A stretch of 64,000 nucleotides of DNA from an uncultured Alphaproteobacteria bacterium (GCA_963805005.1 CAWDSJ010000001.1:357734-421733); one strand, 5' to 3'; shown: positions 51,407-60,510, numbered from the stretch's first letter. The notes: generated from the sequence alone by a model not told the origin. Numbers and translations: made by a program.

Positions 51407-51523
51407 GGCCTGTCCTCACTTCCCATCGCACGAGGTTTCGCCCGCCCGCACTGCAAAGTCCAGCCGGGCGACTGGCGGGGCGAGATGCTCGATCGGCTGC
51501 GTCGCCTGGTCAAGCAAGGGCAC

Positions 51524-51640
51524 TCAGCGCAGCAGCACGAGCTTGAAGACGGGATAGCGCGGCGCCGCGCGCAGGTTCTTGACCCAACTCGATTCGCCGC
51601 GCGGACACGCGAGATAGCGTTGGCCATCGAGATCGAGCGG
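51524..51640 (-). pseudogene. Remnant of a deazaflavin-dependent nitroreductase (DDN) family gene
   Basis: PLDLDGQRYLACPRGESSWVKNLRAA fused directly to PRYPVFKL. Confidence 0.55.
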
Positions 51641-51652
51641 ATCGAATCGCAT

Positions 51653-51726
51653 TTTTTCACACGGAGGCACAAAGACACAGAGAGTGTAACGATGCCGCTG
51701 CGCGGCTGCGTGTCTCTACGTGAAAA
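51653..51726. repeat. REP-like inverted repeat (CACACGGAG family)
   Basis: TTTTTCACACGGAG ... CTCTACGTGAAAAA; the interior resembles 59435-59475. Confidence 0.7.
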
Positions 51727-51779
51727 ATCGTTTTTGCAGCCTTGGAACCATATGCGATTGCCCTGCGTGCAAGGCGAAG

Positions 51780-51937
51780 GGTAGAGGTTGCCACAGCGTG
51801 TGCAGGCGAATGCGGGCCGCGCCGCCTAGCTCCACGCCGGGGAGCCGCGGTAAAAGTTCCTGCCGGAAGATGCGCATGTCCATGCGCGCCGGATGCCGGC
51901 CGATGCACCGATGCGCGCACGAGCCGAAGGCGCGGCG
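51780..51937 (-). pseudogene. Degraded cytochrome P450 C-terminal remnant
   Basis: RAFGSCAHRCIGRHPARMDMRIFRQELLPRLP resembles FGxGxHxCxGxxLARxE. Confidence 0.65.
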
Positions 51938-51999
51938 GTCGGATCCGCTCTCATCCGCGTACGGAGCAAAGCGCTTGACATTAAGAAGTTTTTGTTGCA

Positions 52000-52015
52000 T
52001 TAATACTTTATTAAC
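52000..52015 (+). promoter_or_regulatory. Consensus CtrA-binding box
   Basis: TTAA-TACTTTA-TTAAC, with TTGACA at 51975-51980. Confidence 0.65.
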
Positions 52016-52227
52016 CAAAAGTGCCGGGCAAATCATTGGCGTAAGCCGGTGTTTAAGTCCCTCACGCGGGTCGAGCGGGGTGCCTATCCGGGAAGCAAAG
52101 AAACATTCGAAAGGGTGGAGCTATGCATTCTGGGGCACAAACGACTATCGAGCACATTGCAGCCGGCGCGAGAGCGCCGAGATTGTCCGGCGGCTGGGAG
52201 CGTTTTGCGAGCGAGGCCCGGCGCTTC

Positions 52228-52437
52228 ATGTCGGGCGAGGGAGCGATTCGCGCGCGAAAGGCGCGTCTCGTCGAAGAACATCGCGACCTCGACGACCTGA
52301 TCGCCGTGCTGGCGCACGCGCCGGCCGGCGACGACGCGCTGGTCTCGCGCCTGAAAAAGCGCAAGCTGAGCCTTCGCGACGAGATCGCGCGCGCCGACGC
52401 GCAACTCTTCGCGCATCTGGAGCGGGCCCCGCCGTGA
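52228..52437 (+). CDS. YdcH / DUF465 family protein (start may be 52123)
   Basis: LVEEHRDLDDLI...RLKKRKLSLRDEIA. Confidence 0.8.
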   Translation: MSGEGAIRARKARLVEEHRDLDDLIAVLAHAPAGDDALVSRLKKRKLSLRDEIARADAQLFAHLERAPP

Positions 52438-52490
52438 GGCGGGGCCGATCGCATCCGGTATGGGGCGATACGGAGCAAAGTTTGCCGCCT

Positions 52491-52716
52491 CTCCAGATAT
52501 CTTTCACCACAAAGTTGTTCATCGGCGGTGCGGACCCGCCGTACGCCGTACAATGAAAACACTTTCTCCCTGGGAGCGCGGGCTTTCCTCCTACGATGCT
52601 ACGCAGCTTCGGAGGACTGACCCGCTAACCCACCGAAGCCTCGGCGAAGGTGGGCCAGCCCGCACCTGATGTTACCGCACCGTGATGCGGCCAAGATGGC
52701 CGCGGTCCCAGGGAGG
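52491..52716. repeat. Composite REP element, filled allele (inverted copy of 32325-32474)
   Basis: Collinear with 32325-32474 except for a 69-bp insertion and a 7-bp TACGGCG duplication. Confidence 0.85.
52586..52654. mobile_element. 69-bp double-hairpin mini-element inserted without target duplication
   Basis: TCCTCC...GCTTCGGAGGA...CCCACCGAAGCCTCGGCGAAGGTGGG splits GGCTT|CCAGCCC of the host REP; homolog at 13025-13096. Confidence 0.75.
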
Positions 52717-52730
52717 GGATTTTCTTGTCA

Positions 52731-52933
52731 GGACACGAAGGCGCACGAAGTGCCGATCCACGATCATGCCGCTCCTGCGGGAAGCGCGGAATTTTGCTGA
52801 CGATTGTTCACGCGGAGAGTCCACTGTCTCTCCGTGCCTCCATGTGAAAAAAAAGCGATCTCGCTTTCATCTGCGCTTCGCGCGGAAGCCGCGCCGGCCC
52901 TTATTTTCGTGCGCCTTCGTGTCCTCGTGGTGA
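52731..52933. repeat. Nested REPIN-like composite, inverted homolog of 48722-48985
   Basis: Perfect 19-bp IR 52731-52749 / 52906-52924; inner TTCACGCGGAG / CTCCATGTGAA; core TTCATCTGCGCTTCGCGC. Confidence 0.8.
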
Positions 52934-53122
52934 ACTCGTCCTCCGCGTCCCCGCGTGCGAAAATGTCTATGCGAGTGCCCTGCGCCGTGAGGCGGGGTCA
53001 ATCGCATCTGGCATGTGGTGATAGGGAGACGAATTTGCCGAGCAAGAACACCGGCAAGGCCGGGATGAATGCCGGCGGCGTCGTGACCGTGACAACCGTG
53101 ACGATCCTTGACGGGCCACTAC

Positions 53123-53145
53123 TTATGATCCATTGTGGATCATAA
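53123..53145. promoter_or_regulatory. Perfect palindromic operator-like site TTATGATCCA-N3-TGGATCATAA
   Basis: 10-bp perfect inverted repeat about 95 bp upstream of the P450 fusion gene. Confidence 0.6.
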
Positions 53146-53240
53146 CTTACCGGCAGGTCGGCCCGTTTCTACAAGACGGTGTACAATTTGGGTGAGCCGG
53201 CCCCCGAGAATGCCGCAGGATCGGTGACGAGGAGAACGAG

Positions 53241-54799
53241 ATGAACGCTGTCAGTGAAGGCTCGGTGCACTGGGATCCTTACGATCCCAAGTATTTCGCC
53301 AATCCGTACCCGACCTTCCGGCGCCTGCGCGAGGAAGCGCCCCTCTATTACAACGAGCAGTACGATTTTTACGCAGTGAGCCGCTACGAGGACGTCGAGC
53401 GGGGGCTGACCGACCGGAACACCTTCATCTCGGGCCGCGGGGCCGTTCTCGAGTTCATCAAGTCGGACACTCCGATCCCGAAGGGTATTTTCATCTTCGA
53501 GGATCCCCCCTCCACACCATCCATCGCGGCCTGCTCACGCGGGTCTTCACGCCGAAAAAGATGGCGGCGCTCGAGCCCCGGATTCGCACGTTCTGCGCCG
53601 AGGCGCTCGATCCGTTGGTGGGAGGCGGCGCATTCAATTTCATCGACGATCTCGGTGGCAAGATGCCCATGCGGGTCATCGGCATGCTGCTGGGCATTCC
53701 GGAGCAGGACCAGCAGGCGGTCCGCGCCCGCGCCGACGCTGCTCTGGCGACCGAAGCCGGCAAGCCGATGGACGTGGCGAGCTTCCCTTTCGTCGCCGAA
53801 GGTTTTGACGAGTATATCGAGTGGCGGGCCAAGCACCCGTCCGACGATCTGATGACCGAGCTCTTGAATGCGGAATTCGTCGACGAGACGGGCGAGACTC
53901 GACGGCTGAGCCGCGACGAGGTGCTGATGTTCGTCAACATCCTCGCCAGCGCCGGCAACGAGACCACCAATCGCCTGGTCGGCTGGACCGGCAAGGTGCT
54001 CGCCGAACACCCCGATCAGCGGCGCCAGATCTACGAGAATCGAGCCCTCATCCCGCAGGCCATCGAGGAGATTCTCAGATACGAGCCGCCGGGACCTTCC
54101 ATCGGCCGCTATGTGGCGCGAGACGCCGAATTCCATGGGACGAAGGTGCCGGAAGGCAGCGCCATTCTCTTCCTGGCGGCGGCCGCGAACCGCGACGAGC
54201 GCAAGTTCGTCAACGGCGAGCGTTTCGACATTCACCGGGAGCGCGTGCCGCACTTTACCTTTGGTTTTGGGTTCCATGCCTGTCTCGGCAATGCGCTGGC
54301 GCGTGTCGAAGGCCGGATTGCGCTGGACGAGTTGCTGAACCGCTTCCCCGAATGGGATGTCGATCTCGAGAATGCTCGCCTCTCCTCCACCTCGACCGTG
54401 CGCGGCTGGGAGACGCTGCCGGCGTTCACCCCGAAGGCCAAGCGGAGCGCGCAGCCCAAGCCCGCCGCCGAGGCTCCGCCCGCGGCGGCCCCTGCGCTCG
54501 CCGGCGCGGAGAGCTGGAAAATGACCCTCAAGACGCCGATGGGTCCTCAAGATATGACGATGCAAATCGTCCGCCAGGGCGATGCCTTCACCGGCCGGAT
54601 CGACAGCCCAATGGGCTCGGAGACCATCAACAACGGCAAAATCGCCGGGGACACGCTCAGCTGGACCATGGACGTGAAGAAGCCCACGGCCATCAAGCTG
54701 AGCTTCGAGGTGAAGGCGACAGGCGAGACCATGAGCGGCCACGCCAAGCTGGGCATGTTCGGCAAGGCGGAACTGAGCGGCCAGCGCATCCCGTCGTAG
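53241..54799 (+). CDS. Cytochrome P450 fused to a C-terminal beta-rich domain; -1 frameshift in a C6 run near 53505-53510 (likely sequence error)
   Basis: WDPYD...FANPYPTFRRLREEAP, ASAGNETT, EILR, FGFGFHACLG. One extra C restores DPPLHTIHRGLLTRVFTPKKM. Confidence 0.82.
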
Positions 54800-54836
54800 C
54801 CGGCGCAAAACTGCGCGCACGTTTGCGGGAACCGCT

Positions 54837-55916
54837 CTAGAAATCGTAAGCGACCTGCAGCTTGTAAAGCGTGCTCGCGGTGAGCTGTCCCGAAGTGCCT
54901 TCGATCGCCACGCTCGATGCCGCGTTGGTGTACTGATAGATCGGCTTCTCGATATCGCCGAAGACGCGGAATTGGTTGATCTGCAGCGTGAAGCCGGGTG
55001 CGATCATCACGCGCTCGTAGCCCGAGTTCAACGAATTGGCATTGAAGCCCGTGTCGTGCTCGCGCCAGCTGTTGATGAATTGCAGAACGATGCCGAGATC
55101 GTCGAGCGGTCCTGCCTGTCCGAGATCGTACCTAAGCCCGGCGGCGGTATCGAACTCGTTGCCGGGCCGGTAGCTGTCGCGCGTCATGACGGCGAACTGA
55201 TACTTGCCGTTCACGAAATAGGACAGGGCATCGATCATGCCGAAATCGCCGGTGTGGTAACCGCCGATCATCAGGTCGGTACTTCCGGTGCCGGGCAGGC
55301 TGTCGCGATCGAATTCCGCGCCGCCCAGCGGACCGTTGGGTCCGGTGTAGTTGCCGGTGGGCAGTTTCGTGCCGAACATCAGGCCGGTGGATTGATCCGG
55401 CGACAGTCCCGTGTAGGTCGCCGCGATCTGCATGTCTCCCAGATCGGTGAGGCGGCCGGTATAGACGGTGCCCGCCGGGCCGAAGACGGTTCCATCGTCC
55501 GTCGTTGTCAGGCGGCGGGCAAAGGTCGGCAGTTCGGCCGTGACGAGCCAGTCCGAGTTGATCTGATACTCCGCTCCCACCGTGTAGAAGCTGGTGTTGA
55601 TCATCTTGTCGCCGTTGTCGGCGCCGGGTGCGCTGGAGCCGTGTTCCCAGTTCTGGTTCTGGTTCATGTAGTCATAGCGAAACCAGACCGACACGCCGGC
55701 CATGCCGGCCATACCGTTCATCGAATTGGGCATCGATGTCAGCATGCCAAACCCGACATCGAAAACGCCGCAGCCGCAGGCGCAGGCGTCGGCTGTAGTG
55801 GGATGGAGGGCTGCGGCCAGCAGGAGCGGCGCGGCGGCGATACGCGATGCAATAAGTCCGGCAGACAGGCAACGGGAAGAAAGGCGCGACAGCGCGCGCT
55901 GAGAGCGGTTCGACAT
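54837..55916 (-). CDS. Outer-membrane beta-barrel with N-terminal CACGC motif (putative metal transporter)
   Basis: Signal peptide ending ADA, then CACGC and Met-rich MPNSMNGMAGM; alternating beta-strands; GTKLPTG; C-terminal YDF. Confidence 0.7.
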   Translation of the reverse strand: MSNRSQRALSRLSSRCLSAGLIASRIAAAPLLLAAALHPTTADACACGCGVFDVGFGMLTSMPNSMNGMAGMAGVSVWFRYDYMNQNQNWEHGSSAPGADNGDKMINTSFYTVGAEYQINSDWLVTAELPTFARRLTTTDDGTVFGPAGTVYTGRLTDLGDMQIAATYTGLSPDQSTGLMFGTKLPTGNYTGPNGPLGGAEFDRDSLPGTGSTDLMIGGYHTGDFGMIDALSYFVNGKYQFAVMTRDSYRPGNEFDTAAGLRYDLGQAGPLDDLGIVLQFINSWREHDTGFNANSLNSGYERVMIAPGFTLQINQFRVFGDIEKPIYQYTNAASSVAIEGTSGQLTASTLYKLQVAYDF

Positions 55917-55987
55917 AGTATCCTCGTTCGATTTGAAGCCGTGCCGACTTCACGTAATGCGAAGCCGGCTGATGCAGGGTTCGGCGT

Positions 55988-56359
55988 TCAAACGAACGGC
56001 GGTGGAGCCCGGGGTGATTGCAGCGCGTAGCGCGACGCGGTCTCGACCGCTGCCGCGTACCGCGGCCGGGCGCTAGTTTCGGTAAGCCGATGGGCCGGCA
56101 CGAATCCGGCCGGCCCCAGCAAGGTCGCAAAATGCGGCGCCGCCCCGAACGGACACAGACCCTTATGCTGATTGTCGCGCGACGGGATGGTCTTGCCGGG
56201 CAAGCCCGTGACATGGCCGGGCAGCGAGACGGCGCCGTACACCGTGCAGATGGTGAAAGGCGAGCCGGCCGACGCATTCGGCATCCAGCCAAGCGGCATC
56301 AACGCTTGCAGCATCACCGCCGCAAGCGCAAGCTGGATCGCGAATTGGCGCAAGCGCAT
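55988..56359 (-). CDS. DUF2946 family protein (CruR-like leader) ending in RAPP
   Basis: TM segment LALAAVMLQALMP, ICT, HKGLCPFG, C-terminal SPRAPP. Confidence 0.8.
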   Translation of the reverse strand: MRLRQFAIQLALAAVMLQALMPLGWMPNASAGSPFTICTVYGAVSLPGHVTGLPGKTIPSRDNQHKGLCPFGAAPHFATLLGPAGFVPAHRLTETSARPRYAAAVETASRYALQSPRAPPPFV

Positions 56360-56491
56360 GGTTTTCCCTTGCGGGTGACTATTGCCTCCTGGTCGACTGG
56401 CGGTCAAATGCTCAAATGCCACATTGCTCGCGGCAGTTCCGCCGGACGATACGCGCTCAACGGCCGCCCATGACTTCGACGGGCTAGGACG

Positions 56492-56998
56492 ATGCGCTTT
56501 TCCCTGATCCTCGCCTTTCTCGCGCTGGCCGCCGCCGACACGCCATCGTTCGCGGCCGCGCCGCCGCCGGTCAGCATTCGGAGCCTGTCGGATCTGACCG
56601 TCCCCGACACTCCGTTCAGCGAATCTGCCGACGCAGACGCCGATGTGGCGCGCGCCTTTGCCCAGGCACGCGCGCAGAACAAGCGCGTGCTGATCGATCT
56701 GGGCGCCAATTGGTGCGCCGACTGCCGCATCCTTTCGGGCATCATGGAGCTTCCGGAGGTCCACCGCTTTCTCGATGCCCATTACGCGATCGCAATCGTC
56801 GATGTCGGCCGCTTCAATCGCAATCTGCAAATCCCGGCGCGCTTCGGAATCACCGGGCGGTTGCAAGGCGTACCCAGCATCCTGATCGCCAGCCCCGACG
56901 GCCAGCTTCTCAACGCCGGCCACATCTCAGCGCTGGACGACGCCCGCAGCATGACGCCGCAAGCCATCGTCGACTGGCTGGCGCAGTGGACGCAGTAG
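56492..56998 (+). CDS. Exported thioredoxin-like protein
   Basis: Signal peptide; LIDLGANWCADCR (CxxC); GVPSIL cis-Pro. Confidence 0.88.
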   Translation: MRFSLILAFLALAAADTPSFAAAPPPVSIRSLSDLTVPDTPFSESADADADVARAFAQARAQNKRVLIDLGANWCADCRILSGIMELPEVHRFLDAHYAIAIVDVGRFNRNLQIPARFGITGRLQGVPSILIASPDGQLLNAGHISALDDARSMTPQAIVDWLAQWTQ

Positions 56999-57075
56999 GC
57001 CTCCGCCGGGGCTAGCTTCGGCGGGCAAGGCTATCGTTTTTGGCGCGCAGCAGAGTAAAGCACGACGCTCCTTCC

Positions 57076-57222
57076 GATCGCTTTCACCACAAAGGACGCG
57101 AAGAACACGAAGATATGCCGGACACCTGCGCGAAGCGCCGATGAATTCGATATCGTATTTTGGCACACGGAGACATGGAGCCGCGGAGTGGCACCGATAC
57201 TCTCTCTGTGCCTCTGTGTGAG
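57076..57222. repeat. Composite repeat, left of kup
   Basis: 57076-57180 matches 59328-59432 as a direct repeat (7 mismatches in 105 by my count). Confidence 0.85.
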
Positions 57223-57324
57223 AAATTTTGCGCTTTGCGCCGCAAACCTGGATCGAGCGCAAGGAATCGTTCGTGGCTTATGCTTTAGAGTCTCCCCGAC
57301 CTTGAAGGCCGGCGCCGATTCGTC

Positions 57325-59280
57325 ATGAAGCTGCCGAGATTTCGCAGACCCGTTCGCGCTTCGCATGAAGCCGGGCCCGCGCATGGCAGCTCGGCGCTGC
57401 TGGCGGTGGGCGCGCTCGGCGTCGTCTATGGCGACATCGGCACTTCGCCGCTCTATGCGGTGAATTTCCTGTTCTTCGGCCAGACGCACATTGCGCGCAG
57501 CCCCGAGAATATCTGCGGCGGCATATCGCTCGTCGTCTGGGCCTTGACGCTCGTCATCGCCGCCAAATACGCCACCTTCGTGCTGCGCGCCGACAATGAC
57601 GGCGAGGGCGGGGTGTTCGCGCTCTACGGGCTGCTCGATAAATTCACGCGGCGCGGCATGCCGGCCCTGTTGTGGGTTCTGCTGCTGGGCGCCGGCCTTC
57701 TGCTCGGCGACGGCATGATTACGCCGGCGATCAGCGTGTTGTCGGCGGCGGAGGGAGTACGGGTCGCGACGCCGATGTTCGGCAATGCGGTCGTCCCGAT
57801 CACGCTCGTCATCCTGACGGCGCTGTTCGCGATGCAGTTCAAGGGCACGGGCGGGGTCGGGCGGATCTTCGGCCCGGTGATGATCGTCTGGTTTTTCGTC
57901 ATTGCCGGCCTTGGCCTCGTCCAGATCGTGCGACAGCCCGAAATCCTCAAGGCGTTCGATCCGTTGCTGGGACTGGCGTTTCTGGCGCATTGCGGCTGGC
58001 GCACGGGGCTAATGGTGCTGGGCGCCATCGTGCTCGTTTTGACCGGCGGCGAGGCGATGTATGCCGATTTGGGCCATTTCGGCGCCCGGCCGATCCGGCT
58101 GAGCTGGTTCGGCCTCGCATTTCCCTGTCTGCTCCTTAACTATCTGGGGCAGGGCGCATTCCTGCTCGGCGGCACAGCGCTCGCCGGCCACAATCTGTTC
58201 TACAGCATGGTTCCTGCGGGCTTCATCTTTCCGATGGTGGGGCTGGCGACCGCGGCCACCATCATCGCCTCGCAGGCGCTGATCTCGGGCGCATTCTCGC
58301 TGATCGCCCAAGCCATCGCGCTCGGCCTTTTTCCGCGGCTCACGATCAAGCACACCCATCATGCGCAGGCCGGCGAAGTCTATGTCCCCTTCGTCAACCG
58401 CGTCCTCTACGTCGGCTGCGTGGCTCTCGTCCTGGGCTTCCGCTCCAGCGCAGCGCTTGGCGCCGCTTACGGCCTCGCCGAATCCGGCGTGATGATCATT
58501 ACGTCGACGGCGATGTTCTCGATCGCGCGGCGCTACTGGAATTGGAGCCTGGCGCAAAGCGGCGGGCTGTTCGGCGCGGCAGCACTGGTCGACGGCGCCT
58601 TTCTCGTCGCCAATTCGCTGAAGGTTCTGGAAGGCGGCTGGGTGCCGTTATCGATCGGTCTGCTCGTCTTCTTCGTCATGGCGACCTGGCGCTGGGGACG
58701 CAAGATCACCTATGCCGGCTATTCCGCCAAGCACACCATGTCGATGAAGGAGCTTGTCGCACTGCACCGGAACGCCGCCAGCTATATCGAGCGGACGGCG
58801 ATCCTGATGGTGCCGGCGCCGGTTCATGCCGGGAGCGAACGCGCGCCGGCCCTGATGCAGCTTCTGTGGGACCGTCTGGGCGTTTTGCCGCGCAATCTGA
58901 TCTTCGTGCAGGTGGTCCATCCGAAGGTCCCCTATATCCACGACAGCCGCTATGCCGTGACTGTGTTCGAGCGCAACGCCAAAGGCAGCATCGTCCGCGT
59001 CGAACTCAAATTCGGCTTCATGGAGGAGCCCAATGTCGAAGCGGTGCTCGAAGACATGATCTCGCACAAGCAGATCGATCTTAGCGCCGACGAACGCAAC
59101 TGGATCGTGCATGTCAGCCACGAAAACCTCGTGCCGGAGAAAGTCATGCGGCCCGTGCGGCGGGTTCGGCTCAGAGTCTTCAACCTGCTGCGCTTCGTCT
59201 CTCGCCCCGCCTATTACCATTACGGCCTCGGCGACGAGGTGCAGCTTTCGGCGGAAATCCTGCCGGTGCATGTGCGATGA
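57325..59280 (+). CDS. kup: KUP/HAK/KT potassium transporter
   Basis: GVVYGDIGTSPLY, ADNDGEGGVFAL, GDGMITPAISVLSA, TGGEAMYADLGHFG, NYLGQGA, GFMEEP. Confidence 0.96.
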   Translation: MKLPRFRRPVRASHEAGPAHGSSALLAVGALGVVYGDIGTSPLYAVNFLFFGQTHIARSPENICGGISLVVWALTLVIAAKYATFVLRADNDGEGGVFALYGLLDKFTRRGMPALLWVLLLGAGLLLGDGMITPAISVLSAAEGVRVATPMFGNAVVPITLVILTALFAMQFKGTGGVGRIFGPVMIVWFFVIAGLGLVQIVRQPEILKAFDPLLGLAFLAHCGWRTGLMVLGAIVLVLTGGEAMYADLGHFGARPIRLSWFGLAFPCLLLNYLGQGAFLLGGTALAGHNLFYSMVPAGFIFPMVGLATAATIIASQALISGAFSLIAQAIALGLFPRLTIKHTHHAQAGEVYVPFVNRVLYVGCVALVLGFRSSAALGAAYGLAESGVMIITSTAMFSIARRYWNWSLAQSGGLFGAAALVDGAFLVANSLKVLEGGWVPLSIGLLVFFVMATWRWGRKITYAGYSAKHTMSMKELVALHRNAASYIERTAILMVPAPVHAGSERAPALMQLLWDRLGVLPRNLIFVQVVHPKVPYIHDSRYAVTVFERNAKGSIVRVELKFGFMEEPNVEAVLEDMISHKQIDLSADERNWIVHVSHENLVPEKVMRPVRRVRLRVFNLLRFVSRPAYYHYGLGDEVQLSAEILPVHVR

Positions 59281-59327
59281 GCGTGTCGCGCGATATGATT
59301 GGCACGCGGAGACCCGGCGCTCCTCCA

Positions 59328-59476
59328 GATCGCTTTCATCACAAAGGCCACGAAGAACACGAAGATATGCCGGACACCTGCGCGAAGCGCAGATGAATTC
59401 GATATCGCATTTCGGCACACGGAGACACGGAGACACGGAGGCACAGAGAGTGTGACGATGCGGCTCCGTGTGAGAA
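59328..59476. repeat. Composite repeat, right of kup
   Basis: Direct repeat of 57076-57180; tandem CACGGAGA units. Confidence 0.85.
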
Positions 59477-59493
59477 CTTTTGCGCGCGATCGT

Positions 59494-59994
59494 TCAATGC
59501 GGCGGGACGCCGGACATCGTGCCGTCCAGCACGTTCAGCTTCATGCCGTTGGCCATGATGACGTCGCCGCCCCTCATGCCGGGCTTGCACGGACCTATCC
59601 ACGTCATTGTCATCGTCGTTTCGGGCCTGTTGCTGCCGTCGGCGAACAACACCATCGTATATTTGGCGTTGAAATCGCCTGTTATATGCGCATGCGTCGT
59701 GCGCGCCGCGCCCGACCCGAATTTGCAGGTCGACGTGCTGGACCACGATCCGTCCATATTGTGCGTGATTGTGCTCGACGAGCAATTCTTTCGACGCACC
59801 TGCGAACTGAACACCGACATTTTTGCCTGCGATTCCTCGCTGACGCAGGACAGTGACGTATAAGGGCGCCCCATCATCGTCATGGAACTCTCCCACAGGC
59901 CGTCCTTCTGGTGCGGTGCGAGCGTCTCGGCGGCGGCAATTCCGGCAATGACCGTAGCGACGCCGGCCAGCGCGCCAAATGGTGTGAGTTTCAT
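59494..59994 (-). CDS. DUF3617-like exported protein
   Basis: Signal peptide; DGLWESSM, SCVS, NCS, STCK, TWIGPC. Confidence 0.75.
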   Translation of the reverse strand: MKLTPFGALAGVATVIAGIAAAETLAPHQKDGLWESSMTMMGRPYTSLSCVSEESQAKMSVFSSQVRRKNCSSSTITHNMDGSWSSTSTCKFGSGAARTTHAHITGDFNAKYTMVLFADGSNRPETTMTMTWIGPCKPGMRGGDVIMANGMKLNVLDGTMSGVPPH

Positions 59995-60172
59995 GCGATC
60001 GAATAACTCCTGGTTGGTTGAACCGACATTGCCCGGACGAACCCGGGCTGGAGCGCACGGTAGCGTTTTTCCCAAGCCCGCAACAGCACCGGGCGCCGTG
60101 TACCCGGCTGCGGGCGGATACTTCCGGCCTGGAGCGTGCCGATCGCGATTCGGACGGCGCTCGGGCATTGCC

Positions 60173-60302
60173 AATTCGCTGCTAGCAGGGAGATCTGCAG
60201 CGAATTTTCGCCTGCGCGTCGCGGCAAAGCCAATAATACCGCGGCTTTTTGGCCGCCGCCGCGCGCCGAGCAGCGAATTGAGCAGCGAATGAGCAGCGAA
60301 TT
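60173..60302. repeat. GCAGCGAATT repeats (one inverted pair plus three tandem units)
   Basis: AATTCGCTGC 60173-82 / GCAGCGAATT 60197-206; GAGCAGCGAAT(T) three times at 60268-60302. Confidence 0.7.
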
Positions 60303-60349
60303 TGGCGCGGTTCCGGCCCGTCGGCATGCGCCGATGCGGTACTAGTACC

Positions 60350-60510
60350 CATTTTTCTTAAAAGGTGATTCGTCGAAAGTGGCGGCATTTTTAGCGCAGA
60401 GTACACAAAGGCTGCGCGGAGGACGCAGGGGATTCTGCGCTGCGCGCCAAGCGCAATTCTTACTGCGCGTCCCCTGCAAATCCCCAGCGGCCTCTGCGTT
60501 AAAAAAAAGC
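60350..60510. repeat. REP-like element (TTTTAGCGCAG family)
   Basis: Shares its left core with 39633-39685; TTTTTAGCGCAGAG ... CTCTGCGTTAAAAA arms. Confidence 0.7.

Noticed and set aside
53241-54799. P450 fusion as a true pseudogene or programmed frameshift
   Set aside because: A single missing C in a homopolymer with otherwise intact motifs is better explained by sequencing error; not provable without reads.
57076-59476. Possible CRISPR array from recurring repeats
   Set aside because: The repeats are dispersed, mostly inverted doublets without regular unique spacers, and no cas genes are present.
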